Positions 48,791 to 59,741 of a stretch of DNA of 64,000 bases are shown here, in pieces. Within the stretch, counting starts at the first letter, position 1. Each line of letters begins with the position of its first letter. Source of the stretch: Candidatus Poribacteria bacterium (lineage in GTDB: Bacteria > Poribacteria > WGA-4E > WGA-3G); the NCBI GenBank assembly GCA_965215265.1, contig OZ244048.1:1216001-1280000 (forward strand), given 5' to 3'. The notes beneath the pieces were generated by a model. The model saw only the letters and a program-made list of their open reading frames with translations. It was not told where the DNA came from and ran no database searches. The position numbers and the translations under genes are program-made.

Positions 48791-49867
48791 ATGCAGAAAG
48801 GGGACATCCACGACTTTTTGTCCGAGATGTCTGTTTCGAACTTTTCCGATCGGAGTATACGCCGCTTATTAGAAAACAGGGAAAACGTCCGGGGCTTGTT
48901 AGAAATCGTGTCGGCAGAACTCGCCGAACTGATTGATTTTGAGCATCTGGTTCTAATCAATAGGAGTCTACTGCCCGCCACTCTCCGAGAACAAGAGGCA
49001 GACATTGTGTATCGGGTGCCCTTCAAAAGTGATACGGATGAGGGTGGTGAGGAGCTGCTCCTCTATCTACTGATTGAACATCAATCGACGGTAGATGCGA
49101 CGATGGGGTTTCGTGTGCTTTTCTACATGATGCTGATTTGGGACGCGGAGCGGCGGCGGTGGGCGGCCGAGAAGGTGCGGAGAAGAGAGCGTGTATTGCC
49201 GCCGATTCTGCCCGTGGTGTTTTACACGGGGGAGCGGCGGTGGGAAAAGCCACTGACACTTGAGGCGATGATGAATCTGCCCGCGGCGCTCTCTAGATTC
49301 GTTCCGAGATTTGACATCCTGTTTCTGAATCTGAACCGCACAGACAAGGCAACGCTGACAGAGGCGGCGCATCCGTTCGGATGGCTGATGAGAGTGCTGC
49401 AGCAAGGAGATTCGGACAAAGCGTCTATAAGCCGCGCGTTAAAAGAGACTTTGACGCAGTTGGAGACGCTTGATGCGGCGGATTCTGGGCAGCGTCGGGA
49501 AGCGATAATGTATCTAGTATCGCTGATTCAGCATCAGCGTCCAAAGGAAGAACAAGAAGAGTTGATAGAACTGGTAGACCGGCATACGCGTGACATGGAG
49601 GTAGCACCGATGGCAGAGACAATGGCCGAATTCCTCTTCGAACGAGGCATAGCACAAGGCATAGAACGAGGCATAGAAAAAGGGGCGTGCCAGACGGCTA
49701 TCAAAAATATAACCGCCGTCCTCAACGCGCGATTTCCTCATTGTGACATACACACTGCCACGCAGCAACTCGAAACGCTTTCTAACCTAGAACACCTCGA
49801 GCACCTGCTGCTGACAGCCGTCAAAGCCGACAGTTTTGAAGCATTCCTACAAGCTTTAGAACTATAG
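48791..49867 (+). CDS. Rpn / YhgA-like recombination-promoting nuclease (Transposase_31)
   Basis: EADIVYRV, LLIEHQS, PVVFYTGERRW, MAE...GIERGIEKG tail; promoter TTGACA-17-TATTAT at 48701-48729. Confidence 0.9.
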   Translation: MQKGDIHDFLSEMSVSNFSDRSIRRLLENRENVRGLLEIVSAELAELIDFEHLVLINRSLLPATLREQEADIVYRVPFKSDTDEGGEELLLYLLIEHQSTVDATMGFRVLFYMMLIWDAERRRWAAEKVRRRERVLPPILPVVFYTGERRWEKPLTLEAMMNLPAALSRFVPRFDILFLNLNRTDKATLTEAAHPFGWLMRVLQQGDSDKASISRALKETLTQLETLDAADSGQRREAIMYLVSLIQHQRPKEEQEELIELVDRHTRDMEVAPMAETMAEFLFERGIAQGIERGIEKGACQTAIKNITAVLNARFPHCDIHTATQQLETLSNLEHLEHLLLTAVKADSFEAFLQALEL

Positions 49868-50000
49868 AAACGCACGCGCCGAACGCCATGGCCGGCACCG
49901 GGCTGCTCTTGTCGGGGTGTCAGGTAGGAACCCTACCGTTATTATGCCCTCTGACAAGCGGAGCATGGAAGGTTGCGTACTATACCGTGTGAGATGAGCC

Positions 50001-50068
50001 AAAGATAAAACCCGGGGTGTGATGGTGAGTCGGCCGTGTGCCGAATGCTATCACACCTCTTTCTCTTT
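50001..50068 (+). terminator. Terminator-like hairpin, direct repeat copy 2
   Basis: Near-identical to 48609-48676. Confidence 0.75.
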
Positions 50069-50288
50069 GAGGCGATACCGATTTCTCAGCCTGATTCCTG
50101 ACGAAATGAAAAAGGTTGCTTGAAAAAACGAAATAGGGTAAAATTATATTGAGAAATAGAAACGGTTGTTACTTTAAACTCCAAATTTACGTTGATTAAT
50201 GGCAAAGGACATGAAAAATCTCATGTGAGATTTTCACTCTATTGTTCGCGCTTCAAGAGCCTTACCGAGTTAATAGATATAGAACATT

Positions 50289-51323
50289 GTGAATTTAAAA
50301 ACTATTTTAGGACAACTGACAGGAAAACGCGTGATGGTTATTGGGGATATCATTCTGGATGAATATGTCTGGGGGGCTGTAACCCGGATTTCACCGGAGG
50401 CACCCGTTCCGGTATTTGAGATAAGTGGGAAGGTGGTAGGCTGCGGAGGGGCGGCGAACGTTGCTCAGAATGTTGCAAGTTTAAAGGGGGAGGTCGAGCT
50501 AATCGGTGTTATCGGTAAGGACGGTGCGGGTGAAAAACTTGTCCAGAAGCTAAGCGAGTTGAACATAGGGGCGACAGGCATCTGTATTGATCGGGAACGT
50601 CCTACGAGCACGAAAACACGTGTGATTGTGGGTTCGGGTACTGGGCTACAGCAAGGGCACCATCTGCTGCGTATTGACAAGGAGGCAAAGTGCAATATCT
50701 CTGTGGCGCTGCGGGAAACGCTGTTGAGTACTGTGGTTTCACGTTTGTCTCGGGTTGATGCAATTGTGTTCGCGGACTATGACAAGGGTGTCGTGAGTGA
50801 TGCGCTCATCCAATCCGTCGTTGCACATGCATCACCGTTCGGTATCCCAATTATCGCAGATCCGAAGCGGAATAACTTTTGGTATTATGAGGGAGTGACG
50901 GCGGTTACTCCAAATCAGAAAGAGGCAGCGGGGGCAGTACGTCGAGAAATTAGAGATGACGCAGACCTGGTTGCGATTGGCGAAGAAATTTTGGTCCGAT
51001 TGGGTTTGAAAGTGGTGCTGATTACACGTGACGAGGCAGGCATGACGTTATTCTTTCAGAATCTGGATGGCGGCTTAGAGGTATTGCATCTTCCTCCACA
51101 CTCAGGAACGGTGACGGACGTGACTGGCGCGGGCGACACAGTAGCGGCGGTATTTACCCTCTCGATGGCTGCTGGTGTGGACATCCGGGGTGCTGCGCAA
51201 CTGTCAAGTTTGGCAGGCGGCGTTGTGGTTAGAAAAATGGGGTGCGCGACCGTAACACCCGGAGAGTTGTTAGCAGAAATTGCAGCTGAAGGCGAAAGGT
51301 CTGATGAAGACGGTTTTTCTTGA
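50289..51323 (+). CDS. rfaE1: D-glycero-beta-D-manno-heptose-7-phosphate kinase
   Basis: RISPEAPVPV, GGAANVA, DYDKG, DVTGAGDT. Confidence 0.92.
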   Translation: MNLKTILGQLTGKRVMVIGDIILDEYVWGAVTRISPEAPVPVFEISGKVVGCGGAANVAQNVASLKGEVELIGVIGKDGAGEKLVQKLSELNIGATGICIDRERPTSTKTRVIVGSGTGLQQGHHLLRIDKEAKCNISVALRETLLSTVVSRLSRVDAIVFADYDKGVVSDALIQSVVAHASPFGIPIIADPKRNNFWYYEGVTAVTPNQKEAAGAVRREIRDDADLVAIGEEILVRLGLKVVLITRDEAGMTLFFQNLDGGLEVLHLPPHSGTVTDVTGAGDTVAAVFTLSMAAGVDIRGAAQLSSLAGGVVVRKMGCATVTPGELLAEIAAEGERSDEDGFS

Positions 51324-51906
51324 TCGGGATGGCGTTATTAACCAGAACGTCCCGAACTGCGGTTATGTGATGGACTGGAAGGACTTCGTTTTCATTCCGG
51401 GGGCACGGGACGCGATACGGCACTTGACACAAAGTGGATATCGTATTATTATATTAACTAATCAGGCAGGAATCGGTCGCGGGCTGACGAGCGAGCAGCA
51501 AGTGATGAATATCCACGACCAGATGGTTACGCAAATTGCGGAAAGAGGGGGTAAGATTAGGGCGGTTTACTACTGTCCACACGCGCCTGATGATAAGTGT
51601 GGCTGCCGAAAACCGAAGCCGGGGATGTTAATCCGTGCAGCTCGCGAGCACGAGGTTGAGGTGTCAAGTAGCTATTTCATTGGCGATTCGTTGACAGACA
51701 TAGCTGCAGGTAAAACGGCCGGTGCACCAACGATACTGGTTTTAACAGGACATGGCAAGGCGAGTTACCGTCGGTATATTGATTCGATTAAATCTGAAGA
51801 AATGCTATGTGAACGGCAACCTGCTCCTGATAAAATTTTTACAGATTTATACGCGGCCGCGTGTTGGCTACAAGATGCGAGCGAACACAAAATAGACGGT
51901 GAATAG
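51304..51906 (+). CDS. gmhB: D,D-heptose 1,7-bisphosphate phosphatase
   Basis: FLDRDGVIN, TNQAGI, CPH...CGCRKPKPG, IGDS. Confidence 0.92.
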   Translation: MKTVFLDRDGVINQNVPNCGYVMDWKDFVFIPGARDAIRHLTQSGYRIIILTNQAGIGRGLTSEQQVMNIHDQMVTQIAERGGKIRAVYYCPHAPDDKCGCRKPKPGMLIRAAREHEVEVSSSYFIGDSLTDIAAGKTAGAPTILVLTGHGKASYRRYIDSIKSEEMLCERQPAPDKIFTDLYAAACWLQDASEHKIDGE

Positions 51907-52139
51907 TGAAACGGTAGTAGGGCAACGGTCTAAGTTTTGTGAGAAATAGTAGTAGATTCGTCAAGTTATTTTTTTTCGGGGTGTCTAACAACCACACCCA
52001 AGCAGGAACAGGACAGGTCTTGAAATTGAAATTTAATTATATCAACACTGTAATAAACTAAGCGTCCGTTTGCCTTGCGTGAACTGAAAACTTAAATCTG
52101 CTTACATCAATCAGGTAATAGTCACAATGTCTGTTAAGG

Positions 52140-53492
52140 TTGACACTTGTGCAGCCTTATCGCTTCCATGTACGAAAAATGATTTTAAAAAAAATAGAAA
52201 GTCGTCGTGCCCATGCTGGCGTTATCGGGCTTGGCTATGTAGGGGTTCCCCTCATGGTTGCGATTGCGAATGCCGGTTTTCGGGTTACGGGCATTGATGT
52301 CTGCCATGAGAAAGTAGAGCGGTTAAAACGTGGTATCTCTGGTGTTCCAGATGTTTCGGTTGAGATGTTGGGCTCGCTTATTAGTGGAGATCGGATTCAG
52401 GTAACGACGGATTATAGTGTCGTGCGTGAATTAGATACGGTTAATATTTGTGTGCCAACACCGTTGAGCGTAAATAGAACGCCGGATATACAGTTCATTG
52501 TCTCCGCGGTTAAACAGATTGCCCGGTATTTGCAGCGTGAACAGTTGATTATATTGGAGAGCACGACGTATCCTGGTACAACTGAAGAGATAGTGCTTCC
52601 GATTTTGGAATCTGCCCCCGAGTTCTCGGGTGCGCGAGTGGGCAGGGATTTTTACCTCGCCTTTTCACCCGAACGGATTGAGCCCGGAAATAGCACCTAC
52701 TTCATAAGCAATACGCCTAAGATTGTTGGGGGCATCACGCCGGAATGCACCCAGTTAGCGTGCTACTTCTATGAACAGTTTATCAATAAAACGTATACAG
52801 TGTCTTCTTCTCGCACTGCAGAAATGGTTAAATTATTAGAAAACACGTTCCGAAGTGTTAATATAGGCTTAATAAATGAGATTGCGTTGATATGTAACCT
52901 GATGGATTTAGACGTGTGGGAGATGATTGATGCAGCGGCGACGAAGCCGTTCGGTTTTATGCCGTTTTATCCGGGTCCTGGTTCCGGTGGGCACTGTATT
53001 CCGATTGATCCGCACTATCTTTCTTGGAAGGCTCGGACGTATCAATACCATGCACGGTTTGTTGAGTTAGCCAGTGAGATAAACGGGGCGATGCCCAAAT
53101 ATGTGTGTGACAAAATCATTGATGCTCTGAATCAGCGTCAAAAATCGCTGAACGGTTCAAATCTTCTTATATTAGGGGTTGCTTACAAAAAAGAGATAGG
53201 CGATATCCGCGAGTCTCCTGCGATTGAAGTGATTCGATTACTTCTTGACAAAAAAGCGAATGTCGTATATCATGATCCGTATGTACCGTCGTTCGCGCTT
53301 GGTGATAGGAAAAGCTATCATTCTCAGCGGTTGACATCGGATTTAATAAAAAGTGTTGATGGGGTTGTAATTTTGACAGACCATGGTGTGATAGATTACG
53401 GTTGGGTTGTGGCGCATTCGCGATTTGTCGTTGACACGCGTAATGCTACCGGTGGCATTGCGTATCGCCATGACAAAATTATCAAGATTTAG
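52140..53492 (+). CDS. Nucleotide sugar dehydrogenase (UDP-GlcNAc/ManNAc 6-dehydrogenase)
   Basis: GLGYVG, CVPTP, ESTTYPGTT, SPER, GGHCIPIDP; start probably near 52179. Confidence 0.92.
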   Translation: MTLVQPYRFHVRKMILKKIESRRAHAGVIGLGYVGVPLMVAIANAGFRVTGIDVCHEKVERLKRGISGVPDVSVEMLGSLISGDRIQVTTDYSVVRELDTVNICVPTPLSVNRTPDIQFIVSAVKQIARYLQREQLIILESTTYPGTTEEIVLPILESAPEFSGARVGRDFYLAFSPERIEPGNSTYFISNTPKIVGGITPECTQLACYFYEQFINKTYTVSSSRTAEMVKLLENTFRSVNIGLINEIALICNLMDLDVWEMIDAAATKPFGFMPFYPGPGSGGHCIPIDPHYLSWKARTYQYHARFVELASEINGAMPKYVCDKIIDALNQRQKSLNGSNLLILGVAYKKEIGDIRESPAIEVIRLLLDKKANVVYHDPYVPSFALGDRKSYHSQRLTSDLIKSVDGVVILTDHGVIDYGWVVAHSRFVVDTRNATGGIAYRHDKIIKI

Positions 53493-53630
53493 GTTTTCGT
53501 CTCTTGCTTTATATTATATAAACGGGCAAGGCAAAGTTCTAAAGGGCGCTAAATTCTTTTCTGACATGCCTTGTGGATGTAAAAAAAATTAGAACGGTTA
53601 TAGGGATTATAAAAGATAACGGAGTATTGC

Positions 53631-55199
53631 ATGATGTCAAGACTGAATCTAAAATTGCAGATGCACCGGGCTCAGCTGAAGTGGTTTCTCGATCTGTTTT
53701 TAGATGAAAGGGCGACTTTCCAATTGGCTGTGAGTGCCGGTCTTCTCTTGGATATAGACCGGTTGTACTCATTGTCAAAACGTGAACTAATGGAGAACTT
53801 AACGGATGCCTTTTTTATACAGGATAACGTAAAAGAGGTCGTGATTCGATTCTTTACAGACCAGGCACAAGCAGCAATAGAGCGGGTGGGCTATATGAAG
53901 GTAGAGGAGATTGAATCGTTTTTCAATACTTCAGAAATACTATTTGAAGCGGATGAATTCGCGGAAGTGGTTTGGGCCCTTTTAACAGACCAACGGACAG
54001 CAGTTGCTCAGCACGGGTATAACCTTCTCAATGCGACGTATGAGTCTGCCGGTGTGCTGGAGGCGGATAGGGACGAAAACGTTCACGCCAATCAAATTTC
54101 TGCAGAGACAGTCAAGAAACTTCATGCAGCGTATGCATCGGATGTGGCACGTGCGAAGGCGGAATTTGACAATCGTAGCCGTGACCTGGAGCAGCTTCAG
54201 CGAAAATGTACAGATTTAAAAGGGCAGCGTGCCGCTCTTGAAAAAAAGCAGCAACGTTTGGAACAACACGTGGCGTTTCTGCTTGAAGAGAACGAGGTAT
54301 TGAAGCGACGGGCGGAAGACTATCACACAGATCAAAAGTGTCTGAAGGAGTTGGAGCATGAGAATAGTCTTCTCCGTGAAAAGGAGACGCAATATGTAGA
54401 AACGGTGGCGAGTCTTCAACAAGTGCTCGCAGAAAATCAGCAGCTAGTCGCGGAACAAGAAGCAGGTGCCGCGCGATTGAAGGAATATGAGCAAATTAAG
54501 ATCGCAAAAGAGACATTTGCGGCTGAGTTGACTTTGGTAGAAGAAGCCGTTTACAAAGGCAATCAAGGCTTAGAAGAACTTCAAACGAACCTTGATACAC
54601 ATCTGAGTGCGTTGCAAAAATTCCATGAATCGGCGCGTGGCGCGCTGACGCAGATGCGCGAAACAATGGCCCATCTAGATACACCGCAGCCGGGAGCGCC
54701 GGATGGGCAGCAGACGAAAGTTGCCCAACAGCCGCGCGTAGGCGTATTCGTTGATGTTCAAAATATGTTCTATGCTGCGAAAGACCGGTTCGCACGGCGT
54801 GTTGATTACATAAAACTCTTAGACCTAATAGTGGGGCCCCGGCAATTGCTGGCTGCATACGCTTACGTCGTCCAGATTCCTGAAATTAATCAGTCCAGTT
54901 TTCTGTCGTTGCTTGAACATAATGGGTACACAATTAAAAGCAAAGACTTACGGTTACGCGGAGATGGTTCTGCCAAAGGAGATTGGGATGTCGGGATAGC
55001 GGTTGATGTTGTCTCCATGCTCGGTACTTTGGATGTGGTGATTTTAGCAAGTGGAGATGGAGATTTTTGTCCGCTCGCGGAACTCATCAAGCAGCAAGAT
55101 AAACGAGTAGAGGTTGTTGCCTTTGAGCATAATACTTCAATGGATTTACAACAAATCGCAGATCAGTTTTTTCCTATAGGTAATGAACTTTTAATTTAA
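53631..55199 (+). CDS. Coiled-coil protein with C-terminal NYN (LabA/DUF88) domain
   Basis: VFVDVQN, KGDWDV, SGDGDF, KRVEV. Confidence 0.85.
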   Translation: MMSRLNLKLQMHRAQLKWFLDLFLDERATFQLAVSAGLLLDIDRLYSLSKRELMENLTDAFFIQDNVKEVVIRFFTDQAQAAIERVGYMKVEEIESFFNTSEILFEADEFAEVVWALLTDQRTAVAQHGYNLLNATYESAGVLEADRDENVHANQISAETVKKLHAAYASDVARAKAEFDNRSRDLEQLQRKCTDLKGQRAALEKKQQRLEQHVAFLLEENEVLKRRAEDYHTDQKCLKELEHENSLLREKETQYVETVASLQQVLAENQQLVAEQEAGAARLKEYEQIKIAKETFAAELTLVEEAVYKGNQGLEELQTNLDTHLSALQKFHESARGALTQMRETMAHLDTPQPGAPDGQQTKVAQQPRVGVFVDVQNMFYAAKDRFARRVDYIKLLDLIVGPRQLLAAYAYVVQIPEINQSSFLSLLEHNGYTIKSKDLRLRGDGSAKGDWDVGIAVDVVSMLGTLDVVILASGDGDFCPLAELIKQQDKRVEVVAFEHNTSMDLQQIADQFFPIGNELLI

Positions 55200-55323
55200 T
55201 TTTTGTACATCTTTTTTCCCTAAGGGCACCCAAAAGGATGGATTTATGTGTTGATATAGATTTGTGTAAAAACATATTTTTTCTCTTAATTAGCATTGTA
55301 CGCCTTAACCAATTTATAAAAAA

Positions 55324-55590
55324 ATGGAACGTATTAATCCTGTTTTCTGGGCCCCGCCAGCGGTACATAAGATAAGCGTTGATTGGGAGAAAACGGTTCG
55401 GGAGCAAGGCGGGGATCCTGCCGAGATTGAGAAGCTTGCGAGAAAAGTGGTTGAAGAATCATAACCCAGTGAGGCTCTGACGAGATTTACACACGAGTTA
55501 TCAAAACATAGACGTTGATGGTACGGAGATATACGAAAGAGCGTAGAAGTTATCATACGCTACTACACTGCAAAAATTATGAAAGGATAA
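55324..55590 (+). pseudogene. 60-aa hypothetical gene interrupted by an 84-nt element
   Basis: Removing 55455-55538 joins ...LARKVVE to SVEVIIRYYTAKIMKG*, ending 8 nt before the M23 start. Confidence 0.6.
55455..55538. mobile_element. 84-nt element (family A)
   Basis: AGAATC...CTCTGACGAGATTTACACACGAG...GATATACGAAA. Confidence 0.85.
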
Positions 55591-55598
55591 TTGATTGG

Positions 55599-56570
55599 AT
55601 GTATACACTCATTGTTATGTCATCTGGTGGTAAGTCAGTACGTCAGCATGCAATTACTCATTGGCACGTGCTGCTCTTCGCTGTTTTAATCTTTGCAGCG
55701 GTTGTTGGAACCTTTGGTGGTATCGGTTACGGGCTATTCCAAAAAAAGAGAGAGATGCGGGCTGAAGCCGAGTTACAGAAAAGTTTGGAGAGAATTGAAA
55801 GCTTAGACCGGGAAAGGCTTATCATTAACACCAAGCTTGAGAACGTTGAAGAGGAGATGCAAAATATCCGCGAGATGGCTAACAAGGTTAAGGAGGGATT
55901 AGGCATCCTCGGACAAGGTGGTGGCATTCATGACCCCGTATCGGTATCAGAAAACGGATCTGATTTTTGGGCGGATAATGGTTCAGAAGTCGTTGAGTCC
56001 GATTCGTATTATAACGAGGTGGCATCACCGTTAATACCGGATCAAGTGCGTGAAGAAATTTTACCTCTGTACGATTACGTTGTTACGTACGAAAAACTTC
56101 TTAATGAATATCCTTCAATCCTGCCAATTCAACTTGAAAGTAAAACTGGAGCGGAGAAGCAGAGGTACGTTTTTTGGTATTCCTCGCGTTTTGGCATGCG
56201 CGTCCACCCGTTAACGCGTAAACGTGAATTTCACTACGGCTTGGACATTAAAACCCGTTCCGGCGCACCTGTTATTGCTGCTGCTGCTGGGTTCATTACG
56301 AAGGTTACAAGAGATCCTTATCTAGGAAAAATGGTTGAGGTTCACCACAAATCGCAAAAACTGAAAACGATATATGCGCATTTGAAAGACTACGCTGCAG
56401 GTCTTAAAAAAGGACAGGAAGTGAGCCGCGGACAGATTATTGGTTATGTAGGCAGTACTGGGCGTAGCACGGGGCCTCATCTACACTATGGCGTTTATGA
56501 TACGCGGAGAGGGAAGTGGGTGAATCCGATTGGCTACATTCTCGATCAGCAACCAACTTTTTCGCCTTAA
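55599..56570 (+). CDS. M23 family metallopeptidase
   Basis: TM + coiled coil, HYGLD, YAHL, GSTGRSTGPHLHY. Confidence 0.92.
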   Translation: MYTLIVMSSGGKSVRQHAITHWHVLLFAVLIFAAVVGTFGGIGYGLFQKKREMRAEAELQKSLERIESLDRERLIINTKLENVEEEMQNIREMANKVKEGLGILGQGGGIHDPVSVSENGSDFWADNGSEVVESDSYYNEVASPLIPDQVREEILPLYDYVVTYEKLLNEYPSILPIQLESKTGAEKQRYVFWYSSRFGMRVHPLTRKREFHYGLDIKTRSGAPVIAAAAGFITKVTRDPYLGKMVEVHHKSQKLKTIYAHLKDYAAGLKKGQEVSRGQIIGYVGSTGRSTGPHLHYGVYDTRRGKWVNPIGYILDQQPTFSP

Positions 56571-56577
56571 GGTTCAT

Positions 56578-58008
56578 GTGAACGCAGTACGACATCATTG
56601 GCTCTGCTTTATTGTTGTTCCGGTAGTGTGCCTGTTTGTTCACGTGGATGCAGTTTTAGCCGGGTGGGTTTCTTCACCTTCAGAGAATCTTCCGCTTTGT
56701 ACGGCCCTGAATGAACAACACTTTCCGGTACTGACAAGCGATGGCACAGGTGGTGCCATTATGACTTGGAGTGATGCGCGGGCGGAGAACCGGGATATTT
56801 TTGCCCAGCGCGTGAGTGCAAGCGGAGAGATGCTCTGGAACGCCGACGGTATCCCGGTTTGTGATACACCAGCATCACAAAGCTGGCCGCTGATTGTTAG
56901 CGATGAAGAGGGTGGGGCTATCATCGTTTGGGGAGATACACGTTACGGTAATCAAGACATCTACGCACAGCGTATTGACACAAACGGGCTCAAACAGTGG
57001 GTACGTGAAGGCGTTTCTGTTTGCACCGAGCCCGCTTTACAAGATGGATTGAAAGTTATTGCTGACGGTGAGGGTGGCGTAATTGTTACGTGGGAAGATT
57101 GGCGCAACGGAAATCAGGATATCTATGCGCAAAGAATTAGTGGAACTGGGGTGCCGTTGTGGGAGGCGAATGGTGTGCCGGTTTACAAAGGCGTGGGGGA
57201 TCAGTACGACCCGGTTTTAATAGCAGATACGATGGGCGGCGCGATTTTCGCTTGGTGGGATATCAGTACTCCGGATTGGAACATTTTCGCGCAGCGTCTG
57301 TCGGCAAATGGCACGCCTATGTGGGGTTTGGCTGATGGCGTCGATGCTCGTTCTAGGGCGATTCCTGTTTGCACAGCCATGGGCAACCAAGGCGGTCCTG
57401 CTGTTGTAGGTGACGAGAAAGGTGGCGCTTTTTTCGTCTGGTCTGACTACCGCAACGATCCGAATTTCTACACGACTGCACAGCTGTACGCGCAGCGTAT
57501 TAGTTCAGCAGGTGTCGCGCAGTGGCAAAAAGACGGCATCCCGATTAGTACGTTACCTTACAATCAACAACAACCTGCTTGTGTCGGCGACGGAGCAGGG
57601 GGTTTCATTGTGGTTTGGTGGGATGAGCGTGATGTTTTCGCGGACATCTATGCTCAGCGTGTCAATGCTGAGGGTACAGTGCACTGGGCGATAGAGGGTG
57701 TGCCTGTATGTACTGGAGCAGGTGTACAGCGCGAGCCGCAGCTAGTCGCCACAGGTGATGGCGGTGCAATTGTCTACTGGCTAGATTATCGAGAAGACTT
57801 TGGCGATTCGACTGAGGATGCTATTTACGCGCAGCGCCTTGATGCAACAGGTACAGTATTGTGGGAAATGGATGGAATGCCTGTCTGTACAGCGAGCAAA
57901 GAGCAACGGAGCCCGCAGGCTATCGCCTCTGGTGATGGCAGCGCGATTATCATCTGGAGCGATGCTCGTGGGGCAGATGACGATATCTATATTCACCGTG
58001 TCCCATAA
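56578..58008 (+). CDS. Secreted beta-propeller repeat protein
   Basis: About 8 repeats of DGxGGAIIxWxDxR...DIYAQR...W. Confidence 0.85.
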   Translation: MNAVRHHWLCFIVVPVVCLFVHVDAVLAGWVSSPSENLPLCTALNEQHFPVLTSDGTGGAIMTWSDARAENRDIFAQRVSASGEMLWNADGIPVCDTPASQSWPLIVSDEEGGAIIVWGDTRYGNQDIYAQRIDTNGLKQWVREGVSVCTEPALQDGLKVIADGEGGVIVTWEDWRNGNQDIYAQRISGTGVPLWEANGVPVYKGVGDQYDPVLIADTMGGAIFAWWDISTPDWNIFAQRLSANGTPMWGLADGVDARSRAIPVCTAMGNQGGPAVVGDEKGGAFFVWSDYRNDPNFYTTAQLYAQRISSAGVAQWQKDGIPISTLPYNQQQPACVGDGAGGFIVVWWDERDVFADIYAQRVNAEGTVHWAIEGVPVCTGAGVQREPQLVATGDGGAIVYWLDYREDFGDSTEDAIYAQRLDATGTVLWEMDGMPVCTASKEQRSPQAIASGDGSAIIIWSDARGADDDIYIHRVP

Positions 58009-59444
58009 TAATTATTTTTCGCTAATTGTCCTAACCTTCCTGCAAGTATACTCTGTAAATACCGCCTCGGGAAATCACTCCTCACAGTCAGCCGGTTGAC
58101 GGAGATATCGCGATGTGGAGAACATGCCGACATTTTCTATGAACAGGTTGCTCTGCTCGCGCGAAAACCTTTATGCTGAGTCGCCGGTTGATAGGCGATG
58201 AATCGCCCTATGACAAATCTACCGTATCCAAACCAATGGCCGGCCAGGGTGTACTCCTCATTCCATTATCAGGTGCCTCCGGCACGAGGTGATGGAAAGG
58301 TTCTGCCCCCGCAAGTGGAGGGCGAGGCAGAATAGTCTTAGCTATTTGTCAATTCGGCGAGTTTGGTTAGATGCCAATTGACATCCTCTAATGCCTCATA
58401 AACGACCCCACCTTCAACGTTCTCAGGCATTGGGAGTCCGAGTAAGTAGCAGAGAGTTGGGGCGACATCGACGACGCGAACTTGCCGCTTGAGTGCGATG
58501 CCTTCTCTAACGCCGGCTCCCGATAAAATAAACGTGGAGTGTTGTCCGCCAATGCCGAAACTTACAGAGGGTAATTGCTTGCCATGCGCGCCGTCAAACT
58601 CGGGTCTAAGTGCGTAGACTACGTCTCCGACTAACTCTCCGTGTAGGTTCAACATTTCTGCATCGGCACGCGTTACAGCTAATGTGAAGGGCTGTCGCCC
58701 TGTTTCTGGATCTTGGTAAGCGTGAAGTGCGTCGATAATTTCGCGCTGAGTTGCTTCATAGGCTTCCAGTGTAACGATGCCGTTGGGTTCGCGGCCGGCT
58801 AGATTGATAAAGATATGCACGAGTCCGACGTTGACAGCGCGCGTTTTCGTCCAGTCTATTTCCCCGTCTGTCGTTCGGACGATGAAGCCTGTTTCTTCGA
58901 GGACCTTTTCAATATCAACGGCTTTAAATTGGTTAGGTGTGCCGCCGTGGTCTGAGCAGACGAGGATAACGGTGTTTTCATCGGCGAGCTGCATCAAACG
59001 TCCAATCATCCTATCAACAGATTCATAAGTACGGCGGATTCCTTCGCGGCAGCGGTGGATGGTTTCTGGTGCGGCACCACTAATTTCATCGGCTTGGCTG
59101 AGGAAGAAATGGCTGGCGTAATCGGGTGCATGGGATTCAACCATGAGGACATCCCAATTGTTGATTGTTGCGAGGTGCGTTGCAACATCCGCGAGCCGTT
59201 GATGGTGGTATTCAAGAAGTTCAAAATAGGTATCGTCATCGATCTGACCGAGCGCGTCGCGTGCCGGATTTTGAAGGAAAGAGCCGACCTCGGCATCAAT
59301 CTGGACTGCTACTGTTGAAGGCACGGTGTATTCTTCTCGTGGCCAAACCTGTGGTACGAACAGCTCAAAGGCATCCGCAGTCGGTGTGAGGGTGATAAGC
59401 TTCAGGCGGACGTAACCTTCAACCTCTTTTCCGTCAATCTCATT

Positions 59445-59528
59445 AGAATCATAACATCGGAACCCTCTGACGAGATTTACACACGAGCCATCAAAGCAGA
59501 AGCGTTGACAGTACGGAGATATACAAAA
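59445..59528. mobile_element. 84-nt element, in-frame and stop-free within the gene
   Basis: Reads FCISPYCQRFCFDGSCVNLVRGFRCYDS on the minus strand. Confidence 0.88.
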
Positions 59529-59657
59529 AAAGGTATCGAGCCACCAATCGCTCCAGTCGCCTACACTGAGTTCTGCGATTCGCTCTGCTCCGGAACGGCT
59601 TCGGCAGATCTGTATTTTGTCGTATCCGTTTTTTCCAGAGGCATATATGAATCCATA

Positions 59658-59741
59658 CGAGACTATACCTAAGGAACCTCCGACGAGATTTACACACGTT
59701 TTATCATAGCATCAGCATTGACGGTACTGAGCTATACGAAA
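59658..59741. mobile_element. 84-nt element, in-frame with one TGA
   Basis: Reads FRIAQYRQC*CYDKTCVNLVGGSLGIVS on the minus strand. Confidence 0.88.

Noticed and set aside
59712-59714. In-frame TGA (C-*-C) as selenocysteine, given selA in the window
   Set aside because: The codon lies inside a repeat insert where other copies have TTC, TTA or CTA, and no convincing SECIS hairpin follows. Not fully excluded.
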